Shown here piece by piece: positions 9,658 to 19,936 of a DNA stretch of 32,000 bases; positions within the stretch are counted from its first letter, which is position 1; each line of letters begins with the position of its first letter. A model generated the notes under the pieces. The model ran no database searches. It saw only the letters and a program-made list of their open reading frames with translations, and had not been told where the DNA came from. The stretch spans positions 326,379 to 358,378 of the forward strand of contig JAPLKZ010000010.1 of NCBI GenBank assembly GCA_026387835.1. Reading direction: 5' to 3'. A program made the translations under genes and the position numbers. The DNA is from Candidatus Saganbacteria bacterium. GTDB taxonomy: Bacteria > Margulisbacteria > WOR-1 > JAKLHX01.

Positions 9658-10104
9658 ATGAAGTGTCCCGCGTGCGGAAAAGACGATGATAAAGTGCTTG
9701 AGTCCCGCTCTATAGACGACGGCTCTGCCGTCAGGAGAAGGAGAGAATGCATCGACTGCAAAGCGCGTTTTACTTCTTATGAAAGAGTGGAAGAAAAGCC
9801 TCTCGTAGTAATAAAAAAGGATAATACCCGTCAGCCCTACAGCAGAGAAAAACTTGTGGGCGGCATCAGGAAGTCCTGCGAAAAAAGGCCGGTCTCTTCG
9901 GATGATATAGAACAGATCGCCGACGATGTCGAAAAGTTTTTGTACTCCGAGTACGGCAGGGAGGTCCCGACGTCCCAGATCGGCGAGATCGTGATGGACA
10001 AGCTTCAGAATATCGACCAGGTCGCCTATGTGCGGTTCGCATCCGTATACCGGCAGTTCGAAAAAGTCACGGACTTTGTTAAAGAGATAAAAAGCCTGAA
10101 TTAA
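9658..10104 (+). CDS. nrdR: Transcriptional repressor NrdR
   Basis: MKCPACGKDDDKVLESRSIDDGSAVRRRRECIDCKARFTSYERVEE zinc-ribbon plus ATP-cone. The canonical start MKCP is at 9658, not at the GTG at 9628. Confidence 0.96.
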   Translation: MKCPACGKDDDKVLESRSIDDGSAVRRRRECIDCKARFTSYERVEEKPLVVIKKDNTRQPYSREKLVGGIRKSCEKRPVSSDDIEQIADDVEKFLYSEYGREVPTSQIGEIVMDKLQNIDQVAYVRFASVYRQFEKVTDFVKEIKSLN

Positions 10105-10132
10105 CGGCCAATCAACAGAAGGGGGAATTACC

Positions 10133-12445
10133 ATGTCCAGCGAAGAATTGAACTTGTCCGAAAACGCGATAAAGGTCCTTGAAAAAAGATATTTAAAGCG
10201 CGACGAGAAAGGGAATGTGACGGAAAATCCGGAGGATCTTTTCCGCAGGGTATCAAAAAATATCGCCTCTGCGGAAGTGAGGTTCTCGTCGACAATAGAG
10301 GCGAAGCAGGTGGAGGACGAATTTTTCCGGATGATCTCCTCACTGGAATTTCTTCCGAATTCCCCTACTCTCATGAACGCCGGGAGGGCCTTGCAGCAAT
10401 TATCCGCGTGTTTCGTGCTGCCTGTCGATGATTCTTTGGAAAATATCTTCGAGACGGTAAAAGAGACCGCGATGATCCACAAGAGCGGCGGCGGGACCGG
10501 GTTTTCTTTTTCTCATTTGAGGCCAAAGGACGACATCGTCCTGACGACCAAAGGGGTTTCTTCGGGACCTGTATCTTTTATGACCGTATTTGACGCCGCG
10601 ACCGAAGCGGTAAAACAGGGCGGCACCCGCCGCGGCGCCAATATGGGCATACTTCGCGTGGACCATCCGGATATCCTTGATTTTATTACCTGCAAAAGAG
10701 ATAACAATAAAATAAACAATTTTAATATTTCGGTAGCTGTCACTGACGAGTTCATGGAAGCGGTGGAAGAAGGCAGGATGTACGATCTTGTTAACCCGCG
10801 GACAAAAGAAAAAATGCGCAGCCTTAACGCCAAAGAGGTTTTTGACCTTATTACCGAGATGGCATGGAAGAACGGCGATCCGGGGATCATCTTTATCGAC
10901 AGGATGAATGCTTTTAATCCCACTCCTCTTATAGGGGAGATCGAGGCTACAAATCCCTGCGGGGAGCAGCCTCTGCTCCCTTACGAATCCTGCAATCTCG
11001 GCTCGATCAATCTTGCAAAGATGGTAAAGAAGTCTTCGGGCGCGCAGCATGAAATAAACTGGGAAAAGCTGAAAAAGACCGTTCATTTGTCGGTAAGATT
11101 CCTTGACGATGTGATTGAGATGAACAAATACCCGCTTAAAAAGATCGAGGATATGACAAAAGCCAACCGCAAGATCGGCCTCGGGATAATGGGATTTGCC
11201 GATATGCTGATCATGCTCGGCATTCCTTACAACACGAAGAAGGCTATGTCGACAGCCGAAAAAGTGATGCGGTTCGTCCAGGAAGAAAGCAAGAAGGCGT
11301 CGGAAAAACTTGCATTTGAAAGGGGTGAGTTCGCGAATTTCAAGGGCAGCATATATGATGTCCAGAACGGGCCAAAGATAAGGAACGCAACGACCACGAC
11401 CCTTGCTCCGACAGGGACCATCAGCATAATCGCTGCCTGTTCTTCCGGAATAGAGCCCCTGTTCGCCATCTCATATATAAGACGGGTGATGGACAACGCT
11501 GAGATGGTGGAAGTGCATCCGTTATTCAAAAAGATAGCAATGGAAGCGGGCTTTTACAGCGACGAACTTATGAAAAAGATCGCGGAACACGGCAGCGTGC
11601 AGGGGATAGAAGAAGTTCCCGAAGATATCAGGAGGGTATTCGTTACGGCTCACGATATAAACGCCGACTGGCATATAAGGATGCAGTCCGTTTTCCAGAA
11701 ATACACGGACAATGCCGTTTCAAAGACCGTCAACTTCGCGAATAACGCGACAAAAGACGACATCAAAAACTCGTATCTTTTCGCATACAAAGAAGGCTGC
11801 AAGGGCATAACCATATACCGAGATAAAAGCAGGGAGACGCAGGTCCTGAACATCGAAAGTAGAAAAGAAGAGAACAGGAAGCCTCACGGAATAGTCCCGA
11901 GGGAAAGGCCGAGCCAGACGCTCGGCAAGACGATCCGCATCGGGACCGGCTGCGGCAATCTTTACGTGACCGTAAACGAGGACCAGTCGGGGTTGTGCGA
12001 GGTATTTGCAAAGATGGGGAAATCAGGGGGATGCGCGGCATCGCAGTCGGAGGCGATCAGCCGTTTGATATCCTTGTGCCTAAGGTGCGGGATAGATAAG
12101 GAAGCTATCTTAAAACAGGTGAAAGGCATCAGATGTCCTTCTCCTTTATGGGTGAACGGCGGAATGATCCTTTCCTGCCCCGATGCTATCGCGAAGACGA
12201 TCGAGCAGTACATCGGCAACGGGAACGGCCACGGCCACGTCGATGATATGCCGGATATCGATCCGGTTATCGCCGCAGCAGCCACCGCAAAAGCAAAAGA
12301 ACCCGTTCCCGTGACCGTTTCTTTCATGGAAGAAAGAGATATCAAGACCGACATGTGCCCGGAGTGCCCCGAGTGCGGCAGTATGGTCGATTTTACGGAA
12401 GGATGTATCGTCTGCAGGTCGTGCGGATACTCTAAATGCTGGTAG
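10133..12445 (+). CDS. nrdJ: Adenosylcobalamin-dependent (class II) ribonucleotide reductase, long form with TSCPD-like and C-terminal zinc/redox domain
   Basis: SPTLMNAGRALQQLSACFVLPVDD, SGGGTGFSFSHLRP, NPCGEQPLLPYESCNLGSINLAK, C-terminal MCPECPECGSMVDFTEGCIVCRSCGYSKCW. RBS gggggaa. Confidence 0.96.
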   Translation: MSSEELNLSENAIKVLEKRYLKRDEKGNVTENPEDLFRRVSKNIASAEVRFSSTIEAKQVEDEFFRMISSLEFLPNSPTLMNAGRALQQLSACFVLPVDDSLENIFETVKETAMIHKSGGGTGFSFSHLRPKDDIVLTTKGVSSGPVSFMTVFDAATEAVKQGGTRRGANMGILRVDHPDILDFITCKRDNNKINNFNISVAVTDEFMEAVEEGRMYDLVNPRTKEKMRSLNAKEVFDLITEMAWKNGDPGIIFIDRMNAFNPTPLIGEIEATNPCGEQPLLPYESCNLGSINLAKMVKKSSGAQHEINWEKLKKTVHLSVRFLDDVIEMNKYPLKKIEDMTKANRKIGLGIMGFADMLIMLGIPYNTKKAMSTAEKVMRFVQEESKKASEKLAFERGEFANFKGSIYDVQNGPKIRNATTTTLAPTGTISIIAACSSGIEPLFAISYIRRVMDNAEMVEVHPLFKKIAMEAGFYSDELMKKIAEHGSVQGIEEVPEDIRRVFVTAHDINADWHIRMQSVFQKYTDNAVSKTVNFANNATKDDIKNSYLFAYKEGCKGITIYRDKSRETQVLNIESRKEENRKPHGIVPRERPSQTLGKTIRIGTGCGNLYVTVNEDQSGLCEVFAKMGKSGGCAASQSEAISRLISLCLRCGIDKEAILKQVKGIRCPSPLWVNGGMILSCPDAIAKTIEQYIGNGNGHGHVDDMPDIDPVIAAAATAKAKEPVPVTVSFMEERDIKTDMCPECPECGSMVDFTEGCIVCRSCGYSKCW

Positions 12446-12960
12446 CTTTCATCGGTGACGGAGAAGGCAAGACATCCGCGGCAATAGGCCATGCTATTCG
12501 CGCAGCCGGCCACGGCAAAAAAGTTGCCGTTATTCAGTTCCTTAAAGGCCGGACAAATACGGGTGAATATAAATATTTTTCTAAGTGTCCTTCGATAGAA
12601 CTTTACCTCGCCGGCGAATCGTCTTTTGTCCTTGATAAAACTCCGAAGGAAACCCACACAAAAAAAGCAAAAGAAGGGATTGCTCTTGCAAAAAAGCTTG
12701 CCGGCTCACAGAAATATTTCCTTCTTATCCTTGACGAGATACTGGACGCGCAGGCCGCGGGATTGATATCGACAAAGGATATTGGGGAGATCATTGATTT
12801 GGTGCGGGTCCCGATCGGATCGGTGACTCTTCATGCAATTTTAACCGGCCGCGTCCTGCCGCCGGAGCTGTCAAAGAAGATCGATCTTATCACCCAGATG
12901 AAGAAGATAAAACACTATTATGATCTTGGGGATAAGGGGATAGAGGGGTTGGATTGGTGA
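12436..12960 (+). CDS. btuR: Cob(I)alamin adenosyltransferase (CobO/BtuR family)
   Basis: FIGDGEGKTSAAIGHAIRAAGHGKKVAVIQFLKG, LILDEILDAQAAGLIS, LTGRVLPPELSKKIDLITQMKKIKHYYDLG. Overlaps the nrdJ2 stop by 10 bp. Confidence 0.92.
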   Translation: MLVAFIGDGEGKTSAAIGHAIRAAGHGKKVAVIQFLKGRTNTGEYKYFSKCPSIELYLAGESSFVLDKTPKETHTKKAKEGIALAKKLAGSQKYFLLILDEILDAQAAGLISTKDIGEIIDLVRVPIGSVTLHAILTGRVLPPELSKKIDLITQMKKIKHYYDLGDKGIEGLDW

Positions 12961-13015
12961 TTTTATCCCGTTTTCGCTTCGAGCTTTTTCTCCTATTTCT
13001 TAAGACTGTTCGGTT

Positions 13016-13801
13016 TTAGGCCTTTCCCTTTCCAGAAACTGCCGAAAGATCTTCGATAAGGCGAACTGTACATTTGCGGCTGAGCTGCTTTTCCATATGC
13101 AAGTCATCTCGGCAATTTCGGAAGCCGCGAAAAACACAAAAATCTCCTCCCCTAGAGGATTCTGTCCACTCCTTTCTGTTGCCTGTTAAATCATCTCTTG
13201 CCACTGCGTTTGTCTCTAGCGAATCGTCGATTTTTAATGTGGCATTTTCCCATTCTTCCTCATACGGGATTCTAAGGTTTCTCCCGGTAATACCGCTCAA
13301 CCACTTTGCATATGCCCGGCCATCCTCCAGGTTTAAAAATACCGCGCTCCTTTGTTGCGATGAACCTGCGAGAGCTTTTATGAGGAGATCCGCACCATCA
13401 CCTGTGATTGGATATGACGTGCTTTTTACAAATCGACCGAATTGACCGGCCGTAAGTTCCCCCACCATAATATTAAAACCCTGAGGATAGGCTCCTATGA
13501 AGTTTGGGACCCCCTTATATGATGCCCCTAGTTTCTTGTCAACAACTATCTTCATTTCTGTTCTTGCATAATATTTTTCTTTGTCGTTCATTGCTTCATA
13601 TATTGCATCTTTCTCCCTCATCAAAGATAAAACTTCTTCTCTTTGTGGATATATTTGTGAATATATTGTCCCCTTATCAACAAATATGCTTATTTGTCTT
13701 GCTCCTCTTAATGTTCTTAATGCCTCTCTCATTTGGACCCTTGTTATTTTTGTTCCGTCTGAATTTCTCCATTTTTCACCAATATTAATTTTGATAATCA
13801 T
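13016..13801 (-). CDS. Small SUMF1/formylglycine-generating-enzyme-like domain protein
   Basis: VGELTAGQFGRFVKSTSYP, LNLEDGRAYAKWLSGITGRNLRIPYEEEWENA, DLTGNRKEWTESSRGGDFCVFRGFRNCRDD...CTVRLIED follow the FGE-sulfatase domain pattern. RBS aaggatg. Confidence 0.65.
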   Translation of the reverse strand: MIIKINIGEKWRNSDGTKITRVQMREALRTLRGARQISIFVDKGTIYSQIYPQREEVLSLMREKDAIYEAMNDKEKYYARTEMKIVVDKKLGASYKGVPNFIGAYPQGFNIMVGELTAGQFGRFVKSTSYPITGDGADLLIKALAGSSQQRSAVFLNLEDGRAYAKWLSGITGRNLRIPYEEEWENATLKIDDSLETNAVARDDLTGNRKEWTESSRGGDFCVFRGFRNCRDDLHMEKQLSRKCTVRLIEDLSAVSGKGKA

Positions 13802-13957
13802 GTTACATCCTTTTTTGCTTTGGTATTACCATCTGATAATATATCGAACGGCTTTTCAAGATATTTCAATGGTTTTGGGTGGGTAAGAATATTTTAGGTT
13901 ATTTCGATCGATCGCCGTTCCGGGCGACGACAGATGATTATTATCGTGGAGCCGATA

Positions 13958-14452
13958 CTAAATATTGTTGTTTTTGTCTGCGCGCGAATGCAATCGCGAG
14001 ATCGTTTCCTGTAGCGTTCCCATCGGGCATATCACGCACCAGCTTCTCGGTTTATAGATCGCTCCGACAATAGTCCCTAATACAGTTGTTAATATACACA
14101 TTGATATAAAAGCCGCTCCTATGGTGATCCAGTTCCCTCCCGTTCTAATGATAATTGATATCAAATACCCAATTAATAGAACAAATACCGACCATCTGAA
14201 CCATTTCTTTGAGAATATTCCGGGCAAATTATTCTTCCGGCTGAAGAACGGGACAACAATTTCCAGAAAAGATCCGCGCGGGCATAAGAACCAGCACCAG
14301 TATCTTTTTTTGAAGAATGAAAGAGCTGAAAAGAATATTATCATGCCAAGGACCAGATAGCCGATCACGGGCCATATAAGGCCGCCGATCAAGATGATAG
14401 GTAAAAGCCATATCATTATTAATTGCGATGTTTTATATTTAGCGGTAACCAT
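13958..14452 (-). CDS. Polytopic membrane protein with two Cys-Cys-Pro motifs (NapH/YccM-like membrane Fe-S protein)
   Basis: Several hydrophobic segments with CWFLCPRGSFLE and CVICPMGTLQE. Its ATG follows the thiF-like stop codon with no gap. Confidence 0.6.
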   Translation of the reverse strand: MVTAKYKTSQLIMIWLLPIILIGGLIWPVIGYLVLGMIIFFSALSFFKKRYWCWFLCPRGSFLEIVVPFFSRKNNLPGIFSKKWFRWSVFVLLIGYLISIIIRTGGNWITIGAAFISMCILTTVLGTIVGAIYKPRSWCVICPMGTLQETISRLHSRADKNNNI

Positions 14453-15064
14453 TTATTTTCCCTTCAATACTTGTTCGAGCGCCACGGAAGCCATCAGCGC
14501 CGCGCATGCTATCACCCTCGGGGCCAAAGGGGGGGTTTCTTTTCCGGCATATGTTTCCTCATCTCCGACTATATAGACGTTTTTTCTGGCTTTCCTGATC
14601 TTGATATGCGTCTCATTTTTTATGCCCGCCATACCGCTCCCCATGATCAGGATCTTGTCTGTATTTCCGAAGCTCTCAAGGAATAGTTTCTTTGACTGAG
14701 CATTATCAAAAGCTTCGAAAATAACATCTCTGTCTTTGTAGTATTCTAAAATATTGCTTCTGTCGAGATGGATCTTTTTTGCCTTTATCTTTGCGTCGGG
14801 ATTTATAAGGAGTATTTTCTTCGCTGTTGTATCGACTTTAGAGGCCCCTATCTCGCCGAGAAAATAATTCTGCCTGTTAAGATTGCTTGCTTCAATGACG
14901 TCCTCATCAATGATCTCAAAGTCCTTGAACCCTGACCTTACTATGGCATTGGCTATATTTGAACCTAACCCTCCGCAACCCGCAATGCCAATCTTTGTCT
15001 TTTGAATGATGCCGAGCTGTTCTTTTGTAAAGTATTTTAGTAGCCCTTTTTCAAATTCGTTCAT
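14453..15064 (-). CDS. ThiF/MoeB/HesA-family sulfur-carrier adenylyltransferase (short form)
   Basis: IGIAGCGGLGSNIANAIVRSGFKDFEIIDEDVIEASNLNRQNYF is an E1-like ATP-binding motif set. Confidence 0.9.
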   Translation of the reverse strand: MNEFEKGLLKYFTKEQLGIIQKTKIGIAGCGGLGSNIANAIVRSGFKDFEIIDEDVIEASNLNRQNYFLGEIGASKVDTTAKKILLINPDAKIKAKKIHLDRSNILEYYKDRDVIFEAFDNAQSKKLFLESFGNTDKILIMGSGMAGIKNETHIKIRKARKNVYIVGDEETYAGKETPPLAPRVIACAALMASVALEQVLKGK

Positions 15065-15265
15065 TTACCCGCCCCCGACAAAAGATATTATTTCGATCTT
15101 GTCGTTCTCGTTCAAATAAGTCTTGCCCCATTCTTCACCTTTAAGGATCTTCCCGTTGTGCTCGATAACGGCTCTCGCGGAGTCGAGTTTGTGCATGCTT
15201 GCCAGATACCTGATGTTCACGGACCGGGGAGTTTCTTTTTCTTCGCCGTTTACTATAATCTTCAT
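15065..15265 (-). CDS. ThiS/MoaD-like sulfur-carrier protein
   Basis: 66 aa beta-grasp-like protein, MKIIVNGEEKETPRSVNIRYLASMHKLDSARAVIEHNGKILKGEEWGKTYLNENDKIEIISFVGGG, with C-terminal GG. Overlaps metW by 4 bp. Confidence 0.9.
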   Translation of the reverse strand: MKIIVNGEEKETPRSVNIRYLASMHKLDSARAVIEHNGKILKGEEWGKTYLNENDKIEIISFVGGG

Positions 15266-15876
15266 TTTTCTCCTCCGTTTTTCCGCGACAGCACGAACAG
15301 TCCTGTTGTTGCGAACATGTTGGGAAAAATGAAGGCTTTTTTCTTTTCCCCGATAAATATCTTTCTTTCAATGTTTATCCTGTTCTTTTTGCAGAAATCG
15401 ATAAAATCATATATCGTCAAGAATCTCACGTTCGGTGTTTCGAACCATTTATAAGGGAGTGATGCTGTGACCGGCATCCTTCCTCTTAAAACAAGCTGTA
15501 ATCTTGATTTATAGTAGGCGAAATTCGGGATCCCTACGATGACCTTATTGCCCACCCTGATAGCGTCGTCAAGGACCTTTTCCACGTGCGCTACCTGCTG
15601 GAGACTCTGGTTAAGTATGACGTAGTCGAACGATTTATCCCTGTATTCAGAGAGGCCTGAATCGATGTCGCCGTGAAAAACGCTCAGCCCTTTTTCAACG
15701 CACTCCCGGACAGCTTTTTCGTCGATCTCTATGCCGACGATCCTGGCCTTTTTTTCCTGTTCAAGCAGCTGCATCAGCTCGCCTGGGCCGCATCCGAGAT
15801 CAAGGATGCTTGTCCTTGCATCTACGATCTCAAGTATCTGCCTGTGGTCCGGCCTTAGTTTCCCCCAGTCGATCAT
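15262..15876 (-). CDS. metW: Methionine biosynthesis protein MetW (SAM-dependent methyltransferase fold)
   Basis: DWGKLRPDHRQILEIVDARTSILDLGCGPGELMQLL...VEKVLDDAIRVGNKVIVGIPNFAYYKSRLQLVLRGRMPVTASLPYKWFETPNVRFLTIYDFIDFC. Confidence 0.95.
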   Translation of the reverse strand: MIDWGKLRPDHRQILEIVDARTSILDLGCGPGELMQLLEQEKKARIVGIEIDEKAVRECVEKGLSVFHGDIDSGLSEYRDKSFDYVILNQSLQQVAHVEKVLDDAIRVGNKVIVGIPNFAYYKSRLQLVLRGRMPVTASLPYKWFETPNVRFLTIYDFIDFCKKNRINIERKIFIGEKKKAFIFPNMFATTGLFVLSRKNGGEK

Positions 15877-15877
15877 G

Positions 15878-17014
15878 TTAATCTCTGCCCCTTTCGACTT
15901 TCGCCAGAAAATGTTTTATCAGGTGTGTAAGTTCTTTTGTCTCAAGCAGAAAAGCATCGTGTCCGTATGTTGAATCGATCTCGCAATAAGATGTGTCGAG
16001 CCCTGCTCTTTTGCATGCTTTGACGATCTCCTTTGAGTGGTGCGTCGGATAAAGCCAGTCCGATTTCATCGCGATTGCAAGGATTTTTACGTCGCCTCCA
16101 ATGAGCGCTTCTTCGAGCGGTTTGCCTTTAGATGCATCATAATAGTCCATGGCCTTTGTTATGTAAAGATATGAGTTCGCATCAAATCTTTTTACAAAAC
16201 TATCCCCTTTGTATTGCAGGTATTTTTCAACCTCGAAATGCGCGTCAAACTTGGCCGGCAGTTTCTTTTCATTCTTTTGCCTGCCGAATTTTTCTTCCAT
16301 CGAGACATCGCTCATATAAGTTATGTGCCCAAGCATGCGTGCAAGCGCCAGCCCTTTTGCCGGAATTTCCTGCCCGTAATATTTCCCCTCGTTCCAGTTT
16401 GGGTCAGACATTATTGCTTGTCGTCCCACTTCGTGGAACGCTATCTGCTGCGGGGAGTGCTTTGATGATGTGGCAATCGGTATCGCGCTGTGTATCATGC
16501 CCGGATATTTTACCAGCCATGAGACTGCCTGCATGCCGCCCATCGATCCTCCCGCAACCCCCAGAAGTTTCTTTATGCCAAGATGCTCGACCAGTTTTTT
16601 CTGTGCACTGACCATATCTCCGATCGTTATGAACGGAAAATCCAGAGAATAAGGATTGCCGGTGGCCTGATTTATTGATGATGGCCCTGTGGATCCGCTG
16701 CAGCCGCCAAGCACATTTGAACATATGATGAAATACTTATCCGTATCAAAAGCTTTTCCCGGACCGACCATTTCATCCCACCAGCCCGGCTTTTTATCAT
16801 CTGCACTGTATCTTCCGGCAACATGGCTGTCTCCTGAAAGTGCGTGAAGAAGCAGGATGCCATTTTCCGCATCTTCATCAAGCTTTCCGTAAGTCTCGTA
16901 TGCGAGGGTTATCGGGCCAAGCTTCTCCCCGCTTTCGAGGATTAAGCCATGCGAGCCTTCCCCAAAAGTGAAGTATTTCTTTTCTACGGTCCAGATACTC
17001 CCCTTTTTTATCAT
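15878..17014 (-). CDS. metX: Homoserine O-acetyltransferase
   Basis: [91 protein letters not shown]. Confidence 0.95.
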   Translation of the reverse strand: MIKKGSIWTVEKKYFTFGEGSHGLILESGEKLGPITLAYETYGKLDEDAENGILLLHALSGDSHVAGRYSADDKKPGWWDEMVGPGKAFDTDKYFIICSNVLGGCSGSTGPSSINQATGNPYSLDFPFITIGDMVSAQKKLVEHLGIKKLLGVAGGSMGGMQAVSWLVKYPGMIHSAIPIATSSKHSPQQIAFHEVGRQAIMSDPNWNEGKYYGQEIPAKGLALARMLGHITYMSDVSMEEKFGRQKNEKKLPAKFDAHFEVEKYLQYKGDSFVKRFDANSYLYITKAMDYYDASKGKPLEEALIGGDVKILAIAMKSDWLYPTHHSKEIVKACKRAGLDTSYCEIDSTYGHDAFLLETKELTHLIKHFLAKVERGRD

Positions 17015-17020
17015 ATTTTT

Positions 17021-17947
17021 CTACTCTTCAAATAACCAGGTCGAAAGGTACCTTTCCCCGGTATCAGGAAGAAGGACGATTATCGTTTTGCCTTTGGATT
17101 CCGGTCTTTTTGCCACTTCAATCGCTGCCCAGAGTGCGGCGCCGCTCGAAATGCCGACCAAAAGTCCTTCTTTTTTTGCAGCGAGTCTGGCCAACTGTCC
17201 TGCGTCTTCATTCGAGACCTTTATTATCTCATCTACCGTCTTTGAGTTGTAGATCTTAGGAACAAACCCCGCCCCTATCCCCTGTATCTTGTGAGCTCCA
17301 GGAGAACCGCCCGACAGTACCGGAGAATCTTTCGGTTCCACTGCTATGATCTTTACGTCGTTCTTCTTTTTTTTGAGGGCTTCACCTACTCCGGTAATTG
17401 TCCCTCCGGTCCCGACTCCCGCGATAAATATATCAACCTTTCCGTCGGTATCGCTCCAGATCTCTTCGGCAGTGGTCTTCCTGTGGATCTCGGGGTTTTC
17501 CGGGTTCTCGAACTGCTGCGGTACAAAGCTGTTGGGAATGCTCTGGTGCAGCTCCTGTGTTTTCGCAATAGCTCCCGACATTCCTTTTGTCCCGTCGGTC
17601 AGGACAAGTTCCGCGCCGAAGATCTTGAAAAGCTTTCTTCTTTCGATGCTCATGGTCTCGGGCATCGTAAGTATAAGGCGGTATCCTCTTGACGCGCAGA
17701 TAAATGCCAGGGCTATGCCGGTATTACCGCTCGTCGGCTCGATTATCACGGTGTCTTTTTTTATAAGCCCTTTCTTCTCCGCGTCTTCGATAAGGGCTAT
17801 CCCGAGCCTGTCTTTTACGCTTGAGAGTGGGTTGAATGATTCGAGCTTTGCAATGACCGTTGCCCCCAGACCCTCGGCTAATTTGTTGATCCTGACCAAA
17901 GGCGTTCTGCCGATAGTCTTAGTTATGTCTTCAAATATCTTTGTCAT
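17021..17947 (-). CDS. cysK: Cysteine synthase A (O-acetylserine sulfhydrylase)
   Basis: [73 protein letters not shown]. Confidence 0.96.
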   Translation of the reverse strand: MTKIFEDITKTIGRTPLVRINKLAEGLGATVIAKLESFNPLSSVKDRLGIALIEDAEKKGLIKKDTVIIEPTSGNTGIALAFICASRGYRLILTMPETMSIERRKLFKIFGAELVLTDGTKGMSGAIAKTQELHQSIPNSFVPQQFENPENPEIHRKTTAEEIWSDTDGKVDIFIAGVGTGGTITGVGEALKKKKNDVKIIAVEPKDSPVLSGGSPGAHKIQGIGAGFVPKIYNSKTVDEIIKVSNEDAGQLARLAAKKEGLLVGISSGAALWAAIEVAKRPESKGKTIIVLLPDTGERYLSTWLFEE

Positions 17948-17962
17948 CGGTTCATCCTCCTT

Positions 17963-19267
<1,305 letters not shown>

Positions 19268-19324
19268 TTATTTTTTTGCCGGTCCTTTAGGCCTTGTTTT
19301 TCCCAAGCCTAAGAGGACCCGCTT

Positions 19325-19375
19325 TTAATTTTGCTTAGACTGGTTTTTCCCGACACGCATACCGTCATCGTCCAT
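19325..19375 (-). other. Candidate 16-codon small ORF in the rrf2-metY intergenic region
   Basis: aaggaggtggacct-ATG reading MDDDGMRVGKNQSKQN*. A full Shine-Dalgarno follows the Rrf2 stop codon. Confidence 0.4.
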
Positions 19376-19389
19376 AGGTCCACCTCCTT

Positions 19390-19827
19390 TTATATAAAGT
19401 AATTTGTCCCCTTGCTTTTTAACTGGTTTTTTTCAATAAGGTCCTGTAATGTAATCCCGGACAGGTATTTTTTTATGTTTTGTGCCATCCCGTCCCACAC
19501 GTCCATTGTCACGCATTGAAGGGCCCTTTTGCATGAATCGGGATCGTCAACACAATCGACAAAATTGATTGGCCCCTCGAGTAATGATACGATTTCTTCC
19601 AAATTTATCTTTGCCGGCTTTTTTGCCAAAATATAGCCGCCCTTTGAGCCGCGGATCGAATTTACCAGCCCCGCATTTTTAAGCGGCGGGATAAGCTGCC
19701 ATAAATATTTTTCCGAGATCTCCTGTCTTTTTGATATGTCCTTCAATAAGGCCGGCCCCTGGCCGAAATGGAGCGCCAGATCGAGCATTAACCTCACTCC
19801 ATATCTCCCTTTTGTAGACAGCTTCAT
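19390..19827 (-). CDS. Rrf2-family regulator (IscR/CymR-like) with three-Cys motif
   Basis: MKLSTKGRYGVRLMLDLALHFGQGPALLKDISKRQEISEKYLWQLIPPLKNAGLVNSIRGSKGGYILAK; cysteines CVDDPDSCKRALQC. Confidence 0.93.
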   Translation of the reverse strand: MKLSTKGRYGVRLMLDLALHFGQGPALLKDISKRQEISEKYLWQLIPPLKNAGLVNSIRGSKGGYILAKKPAKINLEEIVSLLEGPINFVDCVDDPDSCKRALQCVTMDVWDGMAQNIKKYLSGITLQDLIEKNQLKSKGTNYFI

Positions 19828-19878
19828 AAATAAAACCTCGGATAATCTATCTCTACTAATTCTATCGCATTACTAGAC

Positions 19879-19907
19879 ATTATACTTGCATTTAATTTCC
19901 CTGTCAA
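19879..19907 (-). promoter_or_regulatory. Consensus sigma70-type promoter of the rrf2-metY-cysK-metX-metW-thiS-thiF operon
   Basis: On the minus strand: TTGACA (19907-19902), 17 bp, TATAAT (19884-19879). Confidence 0.85.
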
Positions 19908-19936
19908 GGCCTTACTTTTTATTTAGTTAATCTGCA

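Noticed and set aside
13879-14073. 64-aa plus-strand ORF in the spacer beside the membrane Fe-S gene
   Set aside because: Partly antisense to the membrane protein gene, no recognisable motif, and no convincing role.
19270-19325. Stem-loop upstream of metY considered as a SAM (S-box) riboswitch
   Set aside because: The leader is too short and lacks the conserved SAM-I core; only a simple imperfect hairpin is present.
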